Positions 44,201 to 52,049 of a DNA stretch of 64,000 bases are shown here, in pieces. The DNA comes from Eubacteriales bacterium (lineage in GTDB: Bacteria; Bacillota; Clostridia; Peptostreptococcales; Anaerovoracaceae): assembly GCA_028706405.1 (NCBI GenBank), contig JAQWBM010000004.1:3294-67293 (forward strand), written 5' to 3'. How positions within the stretch are numbered: position 1 is the first letter of the stretch; each line of letters starts with the position of its first letter. A program made the position numbers and the translations under genes. Below the pieces are notes generated by a model. That model ran no database searches, was not told the DNA's origin, and saw nothing but the letters and a program-made list of their open reading frames with translations.

Positions 44201-44550
44201 AAATAGATTATATAAAGCAGAATTTTCTATCGTATAAAGAAAGAAAAATGGCGTTTGTGCTAATCATTATGGATAAATTTTGTAAAGCATATGAAGAACC
44301 GTTTGATATATATAATGGAAAGAAAAACCGTATTTCTAAAAGCAGTTTGCTGAATCTATCGGATGTTCATAGTAGAGACTATGAAATTATAATGGAGAAG
44401 CTGGTAGAACAGCAATTCATTAGATATACGCAGATTGGGAACACTACAACTGTCATCTGCACCATATTACCAGAAATTAAAGAGTCCGGGTGCGGCATAA
44501 AACTAACGGATGTAAATCAGTGCAAAAAATATTTACGGAAATTAAATTAG
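41287..44550 (+). CDS. Single-subunit two-barrel RNA polymerase, cellular-RdRP / phage SPbeta YonO family
   Basis: Ordered family motifs: FDGAGLV, PSAFQFR..GIKG, KSQYKF, LSYQ, IRFPH, catalytic ADFDGD (DFDGD at 43108-43122), SIGRVVN, TIDFVKTG, KPDFM; 1087 aa from ATG 41287. Confidence 0.88.
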   Translation: MSSKDDTRLNETANEANDDGDNKMMYEILKFKNQDIEETVVEETGEKSFCISISEDKLDKKTTLVRESEIIRIIKALDIDDCKPRKDKNGRDSDFPFVKDLIAINVSTKQYKKNNEGIITLKIEKKVGSKTRKKEYRFIRLLASTSNIRNKKIIYIKENLYDKVNEILLCGMPTDMEHKQFSKYSAYYALASTDSIPVTMPNLVVINDYKNRITGACDLVQEEIIKGEQRFRKSTGKPLLDKKTGEPKFKNDTIKYSVDNNINHIIEENKPFDGAGLVDVSLANIWAAEMHLDYLPSAFQFRAIPGIKGNLYVFDFQKFADEFHNNVRKDKSNKIVIQDAWNKEIQLLNEDGSLAINVILTKSQYKFYDYLDFDTWKEEFVKECYGYKRTFNISGRSVKFEDIKREVLLSYQPLQSLDISLAEIQKLCECTVERIKKISTNVKEFLKYRGLLDAEENERGERKSKRDIPPYYKALMKNPEMLFADKYIQSKVQSDIKRFKENTYKGAVLVPGNYQTLMPDIFALAQWAFGIMPTGLLVGDQVYSRYWLSQKVTEIDIIRFPHIANEHSIGKVVDINKSETIKTYYKYATEGIITAIDSFIPLKANSADFDGDHVLTNSSAVLIDMYKSQKSNTVVHIPANRDENTEKKAYKINDMTKTIDTDINGMSNSIGRVVNQITRLWSQEKSPEVLDYIKIMNVIGSLTIDFVKTGEKAAIPTDIKKYLQNVKKPDFMRVIYPKIERKEKDTNRIRRINKQAEIRLFGSTDCTMNRIYKYMKSELEQIKIEHDESEFEYKILMENSKPNIAGNKSYPMIVETLLELKKEYNSIVQGNSMDDESDEYNDEKKQDHDYKFRIFNSYARKTLLTLCTPKNQMTKEKLLDYLVYAHYYDKTFANNEDRNIIWNCFGREFNERLEYGTNTKFKEIDHEANEKSLKKQKSIIHRIKSDNKTVIITSLRPNEGDPQKEITIFQSEIDYIKQNFLSYKERKMAFVLIIMDKFCKAYEEPFDIYNGKKNRISKSSLLNLSDVHSRDYEIIMEKLVEQQFIRYTQIGNTTTVICTILPEIKESGCGIKLTDVNQCKKYLRKLN

Positions 44551-44744
44551 AACAAAAAAATTACCCTCAATTATTTACCAAGGTAAACTTGTCCCAAAAC
44601 CCTTGTATTTCAACACATACAGGGGGGCTTGGATATTTTATTACAGGGTAACGTAAAAAAGACATAAAGTCTTATGCCTAAAAATATAATACCACAACCA
44701 GAAACAAAGTCAATAGTTTTTTAAAAAAATATCAAAAAATTTAG

Positions 44745-44777
44745 CAGGTCGTGTTTATAGCCACAACCTGTTTTTTT
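44745..44777 (+). terminator. Terminator-like hairpin between the RNAP and primase genes
   Basis: CAGGTCGTG-N8-CACAACCTG followed by T7. Confidence 0.7.
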
Positions 44778-44870
44778 ATGTCCAAAAGGAGGGATGGATT
44801 GTAACAACTGAGATTTTAATTTGGTAGAGAATGCAATAACGATAGGAGGAAGAAGTTGATGTACAAGTAG

Positions 44871-46922
44871 ATGAAAATAAAATGCGTAATAGATACAGTA
44901 ACGTATCAAGAAAAACCAGATAACCCCGGAACAGTTACCAATAGAATGACGATTGACAAGTCAAATAATTATTCCATTGAAGATATTAAGAAAAGTATTC
45001 TTGCTGGTCAAACGGTACGTCCTGCTTTTTGCGGGAAGAAGGAAATTGAGTGGAAAAGCCAGCAGATGTTTATGATAGACATAGACAATGAGGGAAAGCT
45101 AACAAATGATATTGTCCTTGGTGATTTATATAAGATGAAGGAAGGCAAGAAAGATGTAGTCCGCTTTCTTGTTGGCAGTAAAGAGCATCGTACATATAAC
45201 CAAATTTTAGAACATTGCAAATTAATTGATTTGGTACCGAGCTTTGTATATACCAGTTTTAACCATAAAGAAGAACAGCATAAGTTCAGGCTGGTTTATA
45301 TTTTGGATAAAGTCATTGAAGATTTTATAACCGCCAAGAGAGTCCAACTTTATCTTATGAATGCCTTTGGGGAATCTGATCCATCTTGTAAAGAATTAAA
45401 AAGATTTTACTATGGCGGTAGACAGATTGTATTTGACAGTGGAAATATATTAAGTACCGACTGGTTGATTGAATCATCAAAGGATATTGATGTTGATGAT
45501 AATAAAGGTTCAAAACCCTTGAAAACATTGGCCTGTGAGGAAAGGGTGGATAATATATTTAATCAATATATTTCTTTATCTAATATATTGTCCACCCAAA
45601 ACCCAGAACATAGTGATACTAATAATTCCAACGACACTTACAACATAAAAGCCATAGGGGAAAGGGATATAGAATATCTGAAATCAAAGATCAATAGTCC
45701 ACCTATTCAGTTTGAGAGTGAAGCTGATTTCTGGAGCTATGTGTACAAAGATATTAATATGGTAGATTTACTGGAAATAAAATATCCGAAAAGTTTTCGA
45801 TGTCTGTTTCATGATGATGGAAGTCCTTCTGCGTCAATATATCAGCATCAAGGGGTATGGCTATATAAATGCTGGTCAGCAAGTTGTGATACAAACAATA
45901 AAGCATTAAACAATAAACAGGTCATTGAAAAGCTGGGAAAATTCAGAAGTGAATATAAAGCCATTGAATTCATAAAGGATATATTTAATCTGTCAATTAA
46001 GGAATCAGAATGGAGCATAGAGCAGAAAGCTAATTTGGACTTGATTTTACATAATCTTAATCTTAACAAGTTTTCTGAACTGTGTCCACAGGCTGATAAA
46101 AATATAAAATATGTTAAAGATACCTTCAAAGCATTGATATCAATCGCTAAAGAAAATATTTACAGTGAAAATTATATGAATTCTGATGGTGATGTAGTAT
46201 TCTTTGTGAGTTTAGGGGAACTGGCAAAAATTCTTAATGTATCACCAACTCATATAAATAGAATTTCTCAGAGAATTGCCGTACTGGTTTATCATGATCT
46301 GGTTCGCAAGCTGGATGATGATAAAATTCCAGAGAAATTGTTGCAGAGAGCACAGGCAATAGCGATTGATAGAAAAACAGACAAGCGGATAAACTTTTAT
46401 TCTATTCCAAGTTGGGTTATTGATCAGCTTAAGACAATAGAAGATCAGGGCATAAAGTGGAAAGATAAAGGCTATACGGTTAAGGGGACTTCTTATGAAA
46501 TGTTTTATCGTGGTGAAGGTCTGGAAGTCGCACAGAAACTTTATCCGCAGCATAAAAAGGCTAAGTCTGAAACAGTTGATTATGAAACAGGGGAAATAAT
46601 TAACACAGTTGAAGATCGGACTACAAGCGTTAAGAGCAATAACAGAACAAAAAGGATTATTGCCTATATTGAAACATTAATTGGAGAAAAAAGTTATGCA
46701 ACAGAAAAAGAGTTGGTTGAAGGACTTTGGGAAAAATACCGGTCTAAGACAATAACCGAAACTCAATTAAGAAAAATCCGGGGTGAATATGAAAAACTTG
46801 GATTTAGCCGAATACGGGCAAATAAAGAAGTAAAAGAAAAATATAATATGGATGCCGCTGGGTATCCTTTTTTAATTGTAAGAAATACGAAAGGAAAAAT
46901 GAATGGCGAGACAGGAATTTAA
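44871..46922 (+). CDS. Replication protein: AEP-type primase-polymerase domain plus CHC2 zinc finger plus C-terminal helical/HTH region
   Basis: FMIDIDN (DxD), YTSFNH, KFRLVY; CLFHDD...YKCWSASC matches the primase CHC2 finger. Confidence 0.72.
   Translation: MKIKCVIDTVTYQEKPDNPGTVTNRMTIDKSNNYSIEDIKKSILAGQTVRPAFCGKKEIEWKSQQMFMIDIDNEGKLTNDIVLGDLYKMKEGKKDVVRFLVGSKEHRTYNQILEHCKLIDLVPSFVYTSFNHKEEQHKFRLVYILDKVIEDFITAKRVQLYLMNAFGESDPSCKELKRFYYGGRQIVFDSGNILSTDWLIESSKDIDVDDNKGSKPLKTLACEERVDNIFNQYISLSNILSTQNPEHSDTNNSNDTYNIKAIGERDIEYLKSKINSPPIQFESEADFWSYVYKDINMVDLLEIKYPKSFRCLFHDDGSPSASIYQHQGVWLYKCWSASCDTNNKALNNKQVIEKLGKFRSEYKAIEFIKDIFNLSIKESEWSIEQKANLDLILHNLNLNKFSELCPQADKNIKYVKDTFKALISIAKENIYSENYMNSDGDVVFFVSLGELAKILNVSPTHINRISQRIAVLVYHDLVRKLDDDKIPEKLLQRAQAIAIDRKTDKRINFYSIPSWVIDQLKTIEDQGIKWKDKGYTVKGTSYEMFYRGEGLEVAQKLYPQHKKAKSETVDYETGEIINTVEDRTTSVKSNNRTKRIIAYIETLIGEKSYATEKELVEGLWEKYRSKTITETQLRKIRGEYEKLGFSRIRANKEVKEKYNMDAAGYPFLIVRNTKGKMNGETGI
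45544..45597. repeat. Inverted repeat with internal AT-rich direct repeats inside the primase gene; origin candidate
   Basis: GGGTGGATAATATATT (45544-45559) and AATATATTGTCCACCC (45582-45597), 15/16 match; AATATATT at 45552, 45565 and 45582. Confidence 0.7.
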
Positions 46923-47805
46923 ATGGACGCAGCATAATATTGACAAGTTAAAACTTGTGAAAGAAATATTGGAAGAATTGGAGCAATACAAGCCACTAAC
47001 GCTCCGGCAAGTATATTACCAGTTGGTCGGCAAAGGACATATTGAAAATAATAAGAGCCAGTATGTCATGCTGTCAAAACTGCTCAAATGGGCAAGAATT
47101 GACGACCACATTCCTTGGTCGGATATCGAAGATCGGGTACGTGACTATCATAGTTCCGGCGGCTGGAATGATGTTGATAATTTTATAAGAAGTGAGATCA
47201 ATGGACTCTTTAAATACTATTCCAGAAACCTTGCACAGACGCAGCCGAAATACATAGAGGTTTGGATCGAGAAGGATGCGCTATCTTCTATTTTTACGAA
47301 TGTGGCAGAGAAATATTATGTCCCGGTTACAGTTTGCCGAGGATTTTCAAGTGTATCGTTTCTAAATGATTTCAAAAATAGGTTGGATCGGTACGCAAAA
47401 GAAAAACCGGCGGTAATGCTATACTTCGGAGACTTCGATCCGTCCGGCGTCGAGATGATGGAATCAATGAGAATAACTTTAAAAGAGGAACTTGGTATAT
47501 CTGATATTGAATTCAAGCGGGTTGGACTTCTAAAGGATGATATAGAACGGTATAAACTTCCGCATAATCCCGATGCATTAAAGAAGAAAGATACTCGAGC
47601 CGAAAAGCATGTCAAGAAATATGGAGAGCTGGCAGTGGAACTGGATGCACTGAGGCCCAATATACTCGAACAGAAAATACAGGAGGCTATTGAAGCGGAA
47701 TTTGATATGGAAGCTTTTGAACAGGAAAAGAGAATATATTGGAGTGAAATTGACAAGTTAACTGCATATCGGGAAAGGTTTCAGAATTTGTTAGAAGCAA
47801 TTTAA
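46903..47805 (+). CDS. Topo VI-A / Spo11-like winged-helix plus TOPRIM protein without a B subunit
   Basis: TLRQVYYQLV, EVWIEKD, CRGFSS, GDFDPSG, VELDAL; start overlaps the primase gene end. Confidence 0.8.
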   Translation: MARQEFKWTQHNIDKLKLVKEILEELEQYKPLTLRQVYYQLVGKGHIENNKSQYVMLSKLLKWARIDDHIPWSDIEDRVRDYHSSGGWNDVDNFIRSEINGLFKYYSRNLAQTQPKYIEVWIEKDALSSIFTNVAEKYYVPVTVCRGFSSVSFLNDFKNRLDRYAKEKPAVMLYFGDFDPSGVEMMESMRITLKEELGISDIEFKRVGLLKDDIERYKLPHNPDALKKKDTRAEKHVKKYGELAVELDALRPNILEQKIQEAIEAEFDMEAFEQEKRIYWSEIDKLTAYRERFQNLLEAI

Positions 47806-47819
47806 ATATATGTTTTACG

Positions 47820-47849
47820 GGAGCATCAATACCGGTGTTCCTATTTTTT
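47820..47849 (+). terminator. Intrinsic terminator after the replication module
   Basis: GGAGCATC-N6-GGTGTTCC followed by TATTTTTT. Confidence 0.7.
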
Positions 47850-47870
47850 ATGCAAAAGGAGGATACAAAA

Positions 47871-48062
47871 ATGGAAGTATTAAAAACAGTATTTGACACA
47901 ATGATGTATGTGAGTCTTGGCATTTGGGGTTGGGTGATTTTAGCTCTTGTTATGATGTCGATTTCATATGTAATAGAGAAAACAGTTAGGTTCATCATAA
48001 AAATAATTGCAAAGTTTAGAAAGCCGAAAGCAGCAGAGGAGATTGATAATAATGGAATTTAG
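47871..48062 (+). CDS. Small membrane protein
   Basis: ATG 47871 behind AGGAGG; one hydrophobic segment. Confidence 0.6.
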   Translation: MEVLKTVFDTMMYVSLGIWGWVILALVMMSISYVIEKTVRFIIKIIAKFRKPKAAEEIDNNGI

Positions 48063-49326
48063 AAAAATACAAATATCAGATTTGCGGCATGCCAGTTACA
48101 ATCCCCGAATTGATCTTAAACCGGGAGATCCGGAGTTTGAGAAAATAAAGAGCAGCATTTCCGAATTTGGATATGTGGAGCCGATTATCGTAAATTCTGA
48201 TATGACAATCGTAGGAGGCCATCAACGTGCTAAAGTTCTGAAGGAACTTGGATTTGATGAAATTGATTGCGTTGTTGTTGAAATTGACAAGACAAAAGAG
48301 AAAGCATTGAATATTGCGCTTAATAAGATTTCTGGTGATTGGGACTTCCCGGCATTGGCAAAGCTGCTGGAAGACCTTAAAGAGGAAGATTATAATGTGG
48401 AACTTACCGGCTTTGATTGGTCTGAGGCTGAGAAGCTTTGGGATACATATAAAGAAGTCACTGACGATTTTGATGGCGAAAATCCTGATGATGATTTTGA
48501 CATAGTACTTCCAGAAGAACCGATTAGTAGGTTGGGAGATTTATGGCTGCTTGGCAAGCACAGATTATTCTGCGGAGATTCCACCAGACAGGAGGATGTT
48601 GCCGTTTTAATGCAGGAAGAAAAAGCACATATGGTTTTTACTGATCCGCCTTGGAATGTGAACTATGGAGCCGATATGGATCATCCAAGTTGGAAACCAA
48701 GAACGATAATGAATGATTCTATGAGTACTGAAGATTTCAAGGACTTTATGAATGGAACCTTTAAAGTAATGAATTATTTCTCTATGCCGGGAGCAATAAC
48801 CTATGTTGTCATGAGTCAGCAGGAATGGGGAAATTTAATGCTGACAATGAAAGAAAATGATTATCATTGGAGCAGCACGATTATCTGGAAAAAGGATTCT
48901 TTGGTGCTCTCGAGGAAGGATTATAACACAATTTATGAAGGAATATGGTATGGGTGGCTCGAAGGCGCACCGAGACTACATCCAGTTACAAATACAAAGG
49001 AATGCGACTGCTGGGAAATTCCTCGATATAAGGTATCGGTCTACCACCCTACGCAAAAACCAGTGGATTTGGTCATAAGGGCTATTAAGAATTCGAGTGA
49101 TATGAAAAATATTGTGCTGGATCTATTTGGTGGATCTGGAACTACGTTGATTGCCTGTGAAGAAACTGATAGACATTGCCGAATGATGGAACTCGATCCG
49201 AAATACGTTGATGTAATTGTAAAAAGGTATATTGATAAGGTTGGTTCTGATACGGATGCTTTCTTGGTTAGAGATGGAGAAAAAATTCCGTATTCGATGT
49301 TGGTTCAAAAACAGAATGTAGCATAA
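48052..49326 (+). CDS. ParB-N domain fused to an N6/N4 DNA methyltransferase
   Basis: YNPR, FGYVEPIIVN, GGHQR; DPPW, HPTQKP, LDLFGGSGTT; start moved to 48052. Confidence 0.9.
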   Translation: MEFRKIQISDLRHASYNPRIDLKPGDPEFEKIKSSISEFGYVEPIIVNSDMTIVGGHQRAKVLKELGFDEIDCVVVEIDKTKEKALNIALNKISGDWDFPALAKLLEDLKEEDYNVELTGFDWSEAEKLWDTYKEVTDDFDGENPDDDFDIVLPEEPISRLGDLWLLGKHRLFCGDSTRQEDVAVLMQEEKAHMVFTDPPWNVNYGADMDHPSWKPRTIMNDSMSTEDFKDFMNGTFKVMNYFSMPGAITYVVMSQQEWGNLMLTMKENDYHWSSTIIWKKDSLVLSRKDYNTIYEGIWYGWLEGAPRLHPVTNTKECDCWEIPRYKVSVYHPTQKPVDLVIRAIKNSSDMKNIVLDLFGGSGTTLIACEETDRHCRMMELDPKYVDVIVKRYIDKVGSDTDAFLVRDGEKIPYSMLVQKQNVA

Positions 49327-49420
49327 AATTATTTTTTAATCCCTTCATTTTACTTGATTTAATGTGCTTTCAGAGTGATTAATGTAGTACCAAAAATCTT
49401 AAAAAGGAGGGTTTTATATT

Positions 49421-50164
49421 ATGGAAAAGAAAGAAATCTTAAAATCACTGGAAGCTCACTTTGGGGTTAAGCCAAAATACCTGGGAGTACCAAGTCTCTC
49501 ATATCAGATTCAGACAGCAGTTGGTATTTACACAATTGACAAGGTCGGAAAGATCACGGATTCGGAAGGGAATGAAGTGGAACTTGAGACTCTGGTCGGT
49601 TCCGGCATTGAACAAGAAAAAATGGAAACACCGGCGACGGTAGGAATAAGCTATGAAGTCTCGGTTCCGATGGCTAACCATACTGGTAACAGCTTACGGA
49701 ATCTGGTCAATATTATTTACAGTAAACAGGCTCTTATAAAAAAATCACTTGGGTTGGATGCCGACATTATTGAGGACAATTTCTGCAATGCCATTAATAA
49801 TGCGAACACTGCGACCGTAGCAGATTTCAAAGCAGCTATTGAGGGTAAAGAAAATGGGTCTACGGGAATTGCATTTGACTTCGAAGGGAAGACCGTTACA
49901 TTGAAATTTCTGAACGATGATGCCAGTCCTGAAATGGTACAGGCATATGCCCAATTTATCGCTCTTCTGAATAAGATTTCAAAGGAACTGAAATATGCTT
50001 CGGCTCGGACTACGGATACCGATAATGACAAATTCACATTCAGAAGTTTCCTTATAAGGCTTGGAATGATTGGTGATGATTATAAAATGACGAGGAAAGT
50101 GCTTCTTAAAAATTTAGATGGCAATTCGGCTTTTCGGAACGGCAGGGTAAGTGATGATAACTGA
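49421..50164 (+). CDS. Conserved Firmicutes prophage protein (often annotated virulence-related)
   Basis: C-terminal FTFRSFLIRLGMIG...RKVLLKNLDGNSAF pattern. Confidence 0.7.
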   Translation: MEKKEILKSLEAHFGVKPKYLGVPSLSYQIQTAVGIYTIDKVGKITDSEGNEVELETLVGSGIEQEKMETPATVGISYEVSVPMANHTGNSLRNLVNIIYSKQALIKKSLGLDADIIEDNFCNAINNANTATVADFKAAIEGKENGSTGIAFDFEGKTVTLKFLNDDASPEMVQAYAQFIALLNKISKELKYASARTTDTDNDKFTFRSFLIRLGMIGDDYKMTRKVLLKNLDGNSAFRNGRVSDDN

Positions 50165-50441
50165 ATTTGATGAAATAATGAGGAAAACTGCTCTTTGCCA
50201 AGTGGCTGATTATATCAAGAACGGTGATCCCTCTGATGTAAATGGAATTCTAACCAGTGGTCAGGACAGCTTCCGCTTAATGACTGAGTTGGAAGCCACC
50301 ATCAAATCAAAACTGAGTGAAGATGAATCGGAGAGTCTTATTGAGGAAGTGAACAGCTTCTTATTCAGAATTGAAAATATTTCTTTTCAGCAAGGAGTGC
50401 GAGTTGGGGCGAAGCTGCTGAAGGAACTGTTGCAAATATGA
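50151..50441 (+). CDS. Hypothetical protein
   Basis: 96-aa helical ORF overlapping the previous stop. Confidence 0.6.
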   Translation: MMITEFDEIMRKTALCQVADYIKNGDPSDVNGILTSGQDSFRLMTELEATIKSKLSEDESESLIEEVNSFLFRIENISFQQGVRVGAKLLKELLQI

Positions 50442-50451
50442 GTTGTCATAT

Positions 50452-50495
50452 ATATCGCTTCATGGGCTTGTAAGGGCTTTTGAGGCGATATTTTT
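50452..50495 (+). terminator. Intrinsic terminator
   Basis: ATATCGCTTCA...TGAGGCGATAT followed by TTTT. Confidence 0.7.
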
Positions 50496-50564
50496 ATACG
50501 AATAAATAAATCTATGGTTCTTGAAGTATTCTCTTTCTTGATATAATATCTTCAGTGAAAGGGG

Positions 50565-51344
50565 ATGAGATTGTTGAATTCAGAGCAACAGCAAATAAGC
50601 AAGCAGCTGAATGAAAAATATCCTGTATATCAAGAGTATTTTGATGAGTTGGTTGAGTTTTATTATGATTATTTTTATAGTGGTGAAGACCTCCTGAAAT
50701 TCATGGAGTCAATATTTGATTCCACACCGATGGTATCTATGGAATTAATATTTGACGCTGATAATGATTGCGATGCAAACATAAATATTCCAAGGCTTAT
50801 GCTCAACAATACGGTGAGATTATGTAAACTTGCCACTGACATGGAAAAAATCAGACCAGGAAAAGATGCTTTAAAAATAACATATCTGATAACCTGCATA
50901 GAGACTTTATATAATTTGTCTGGCATAACAACAAATTCTGTTGGGGAGAAATTAAATAAAACCACCACGATTATTGATTTCTTTGATATATATTTAATTG
51001 AGCCGGACAAAGAAGAGATTTTATCTAAAGTTAAAAGAAGCTTGGCAGATAGTTATTTTGATTCTGGACAGCCAAGCGAGACAATCACTATAGAAATCTT
51101 TGCACGAATCATAAACGAAGCACGTAATATTTTTATGCATGAAGGGGATTACTGGACTTTTTCTTTTTCTAATTCTGGTTATCCAGAGTTAAAAATAATT
51201 GACGTTGAGGAAAAATGGCGTACTGGCAAGCAAGAGCGAATATACGAGTTTAATTTGCAATACGAGGAATTGCATAAGATATGCATTCGGGCATTCATTA
51301 ATTTTATAAAACATTATATAAGTAATCCCAAAGAGAGTCATTAA
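50565..51344 (+). CDS. Putative HEPN-domain RNase (moron)
   Basis: Helical protein with Rx4H motif (ARNIFMHEG); AT-rich; flanked by terminators. Confidence 0.55.
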   Translation: MRLLNSEQQQISKQLNEKYPVYQEYFDELVEFYYDYFYSGEDLLKFMESIFDSTPMVSMELIFDADNDCDANINIPRLMLNNTVRLCKLATDMEKIRPGKDALKITYLITCIETLYNLSGITTNSVGEKLNKTTTIIDFFDIYLIEPDKEEILSKVKRSLADSYFDSGQPSETITIEIFARIINEARNIFMHEGDYWTFSFSNSGYPELKIIDVEEKWRTGKQERIYEFNLQYEELHKICIRAFINFIKHYISNPKESH

Positions 51345-51376
51345 GGCTCTTTTTCTTTTGGAAGGAGGTGATGCGG

Positions 51377-51940
51377 ATGGGCTTACGCAGTAAAAATAAT
51401 ACCAAATGGCTGACCAATGTTTTTCCGAGATTAGCCGAGATTCGGGACTGGTGCTTGGAAGGAAAGACAAACGAGCAGATGTGCGAGCTGTTAGGGATAA
51501 GTCAAGACAGTTGGTATACCTACATGAAAGAGCATGAAGAGCTAAATTCCTTAGTATACGCAGCCAAGTCTGTTATAGATTCCCAGGTAGAAAATGCGGT
51601 TCTGAAGTCAGCTCTCGGCTTCGAATATGAGGAGATAAAAACGATCATCGAGGAAGATCGAAATGGGAAAAAGCGTACCAGAATTGAAAAGGTAAAACGG
51701 TATATGCCGCCGAATGCATCAGCTCAGGCTTTCTGGCTCAGGAACCGTAAGAAAGAAGAGTGGGGAGATAAGAAGGAAATTATTATTGATACCACTTCAT
51801 TGGAGAACAAACGGAAGCAGATGTTCCTTGATATGATCGATGATAAGGAAATTATTGAAGCAGAGTTTGAAGTTGAGGAAACGGTTGACGATGGATTTAT
51901 AATGGAAGATAGCTTTGACTATGAGAACAACGAACAGTAG
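51377..51940 (+). CDS. Probable terminase small subunit
   Basis: N-terminal HTH (NEQMCELLGISQDSWY), VENAVLKSALGFEYEE, FWLRNRKKEEW; upstream of terL; GGAGGTG RBS. Confidence 0.72.
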   Translation: MGLRSKNNTKWLTNVFPRLAEIRDWCLEGKTNEQMCELLGISQDSWYTYMKEHEELNSLVYAAKSVIDSQVENAVLKSALGFEYEEIKTIIEEDRNGKKRTRIEKVKRYMPPNASAQAFWLRNRKKEEWGDKKEIIIDTTSLENKRKQMFLDMIDDKEIIEAEFEVEETVDDGFIMEDSFDYENNEQ

Positions 51941-51954
51941 AGAACGTTGAAAAT

Positions 51955-51982
51955 TCAATCCATAGTTAGCGTTATGTCGTTA
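51955..51982. other. dif-like 28-bp recombination site candidate
   Basis: TCAATCCATAG-TTAGCG-TTATGTCGTTA: 11+6+11 layout with CATA(G)...TTATG inner arms, directly upstream of the tyrosine recombinase gene. Confidence 0.55.
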
Positions 51983-52049
51983 GTATTCTCTTGATTAGCA
52001 ACCAGAACAGAGGTAACATGGACACACCAAAGAAAGAAGGTGTGTTTTT

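Noticed and set aside
44661-44678. Second dif-like site (GACATAAAGTCTTATGCC)
   Set aside because: Only 4 bp separate CATAA and TTATG, not the 6 bp required; more likely an operator near the TATAAT at 44685.
46903-49326. Wadjet system (JetD-like TOPRIM near a ParB-like gene)
   Set aside because: No SMC/MukB ATPase, kleisin or kite genes are present.
51377-51940. Transposase call for the HTH protein before the recombinase
   Set aside because: No DDE motif or terminal inverted repeats; position and motifs fit a terminase small subunit.
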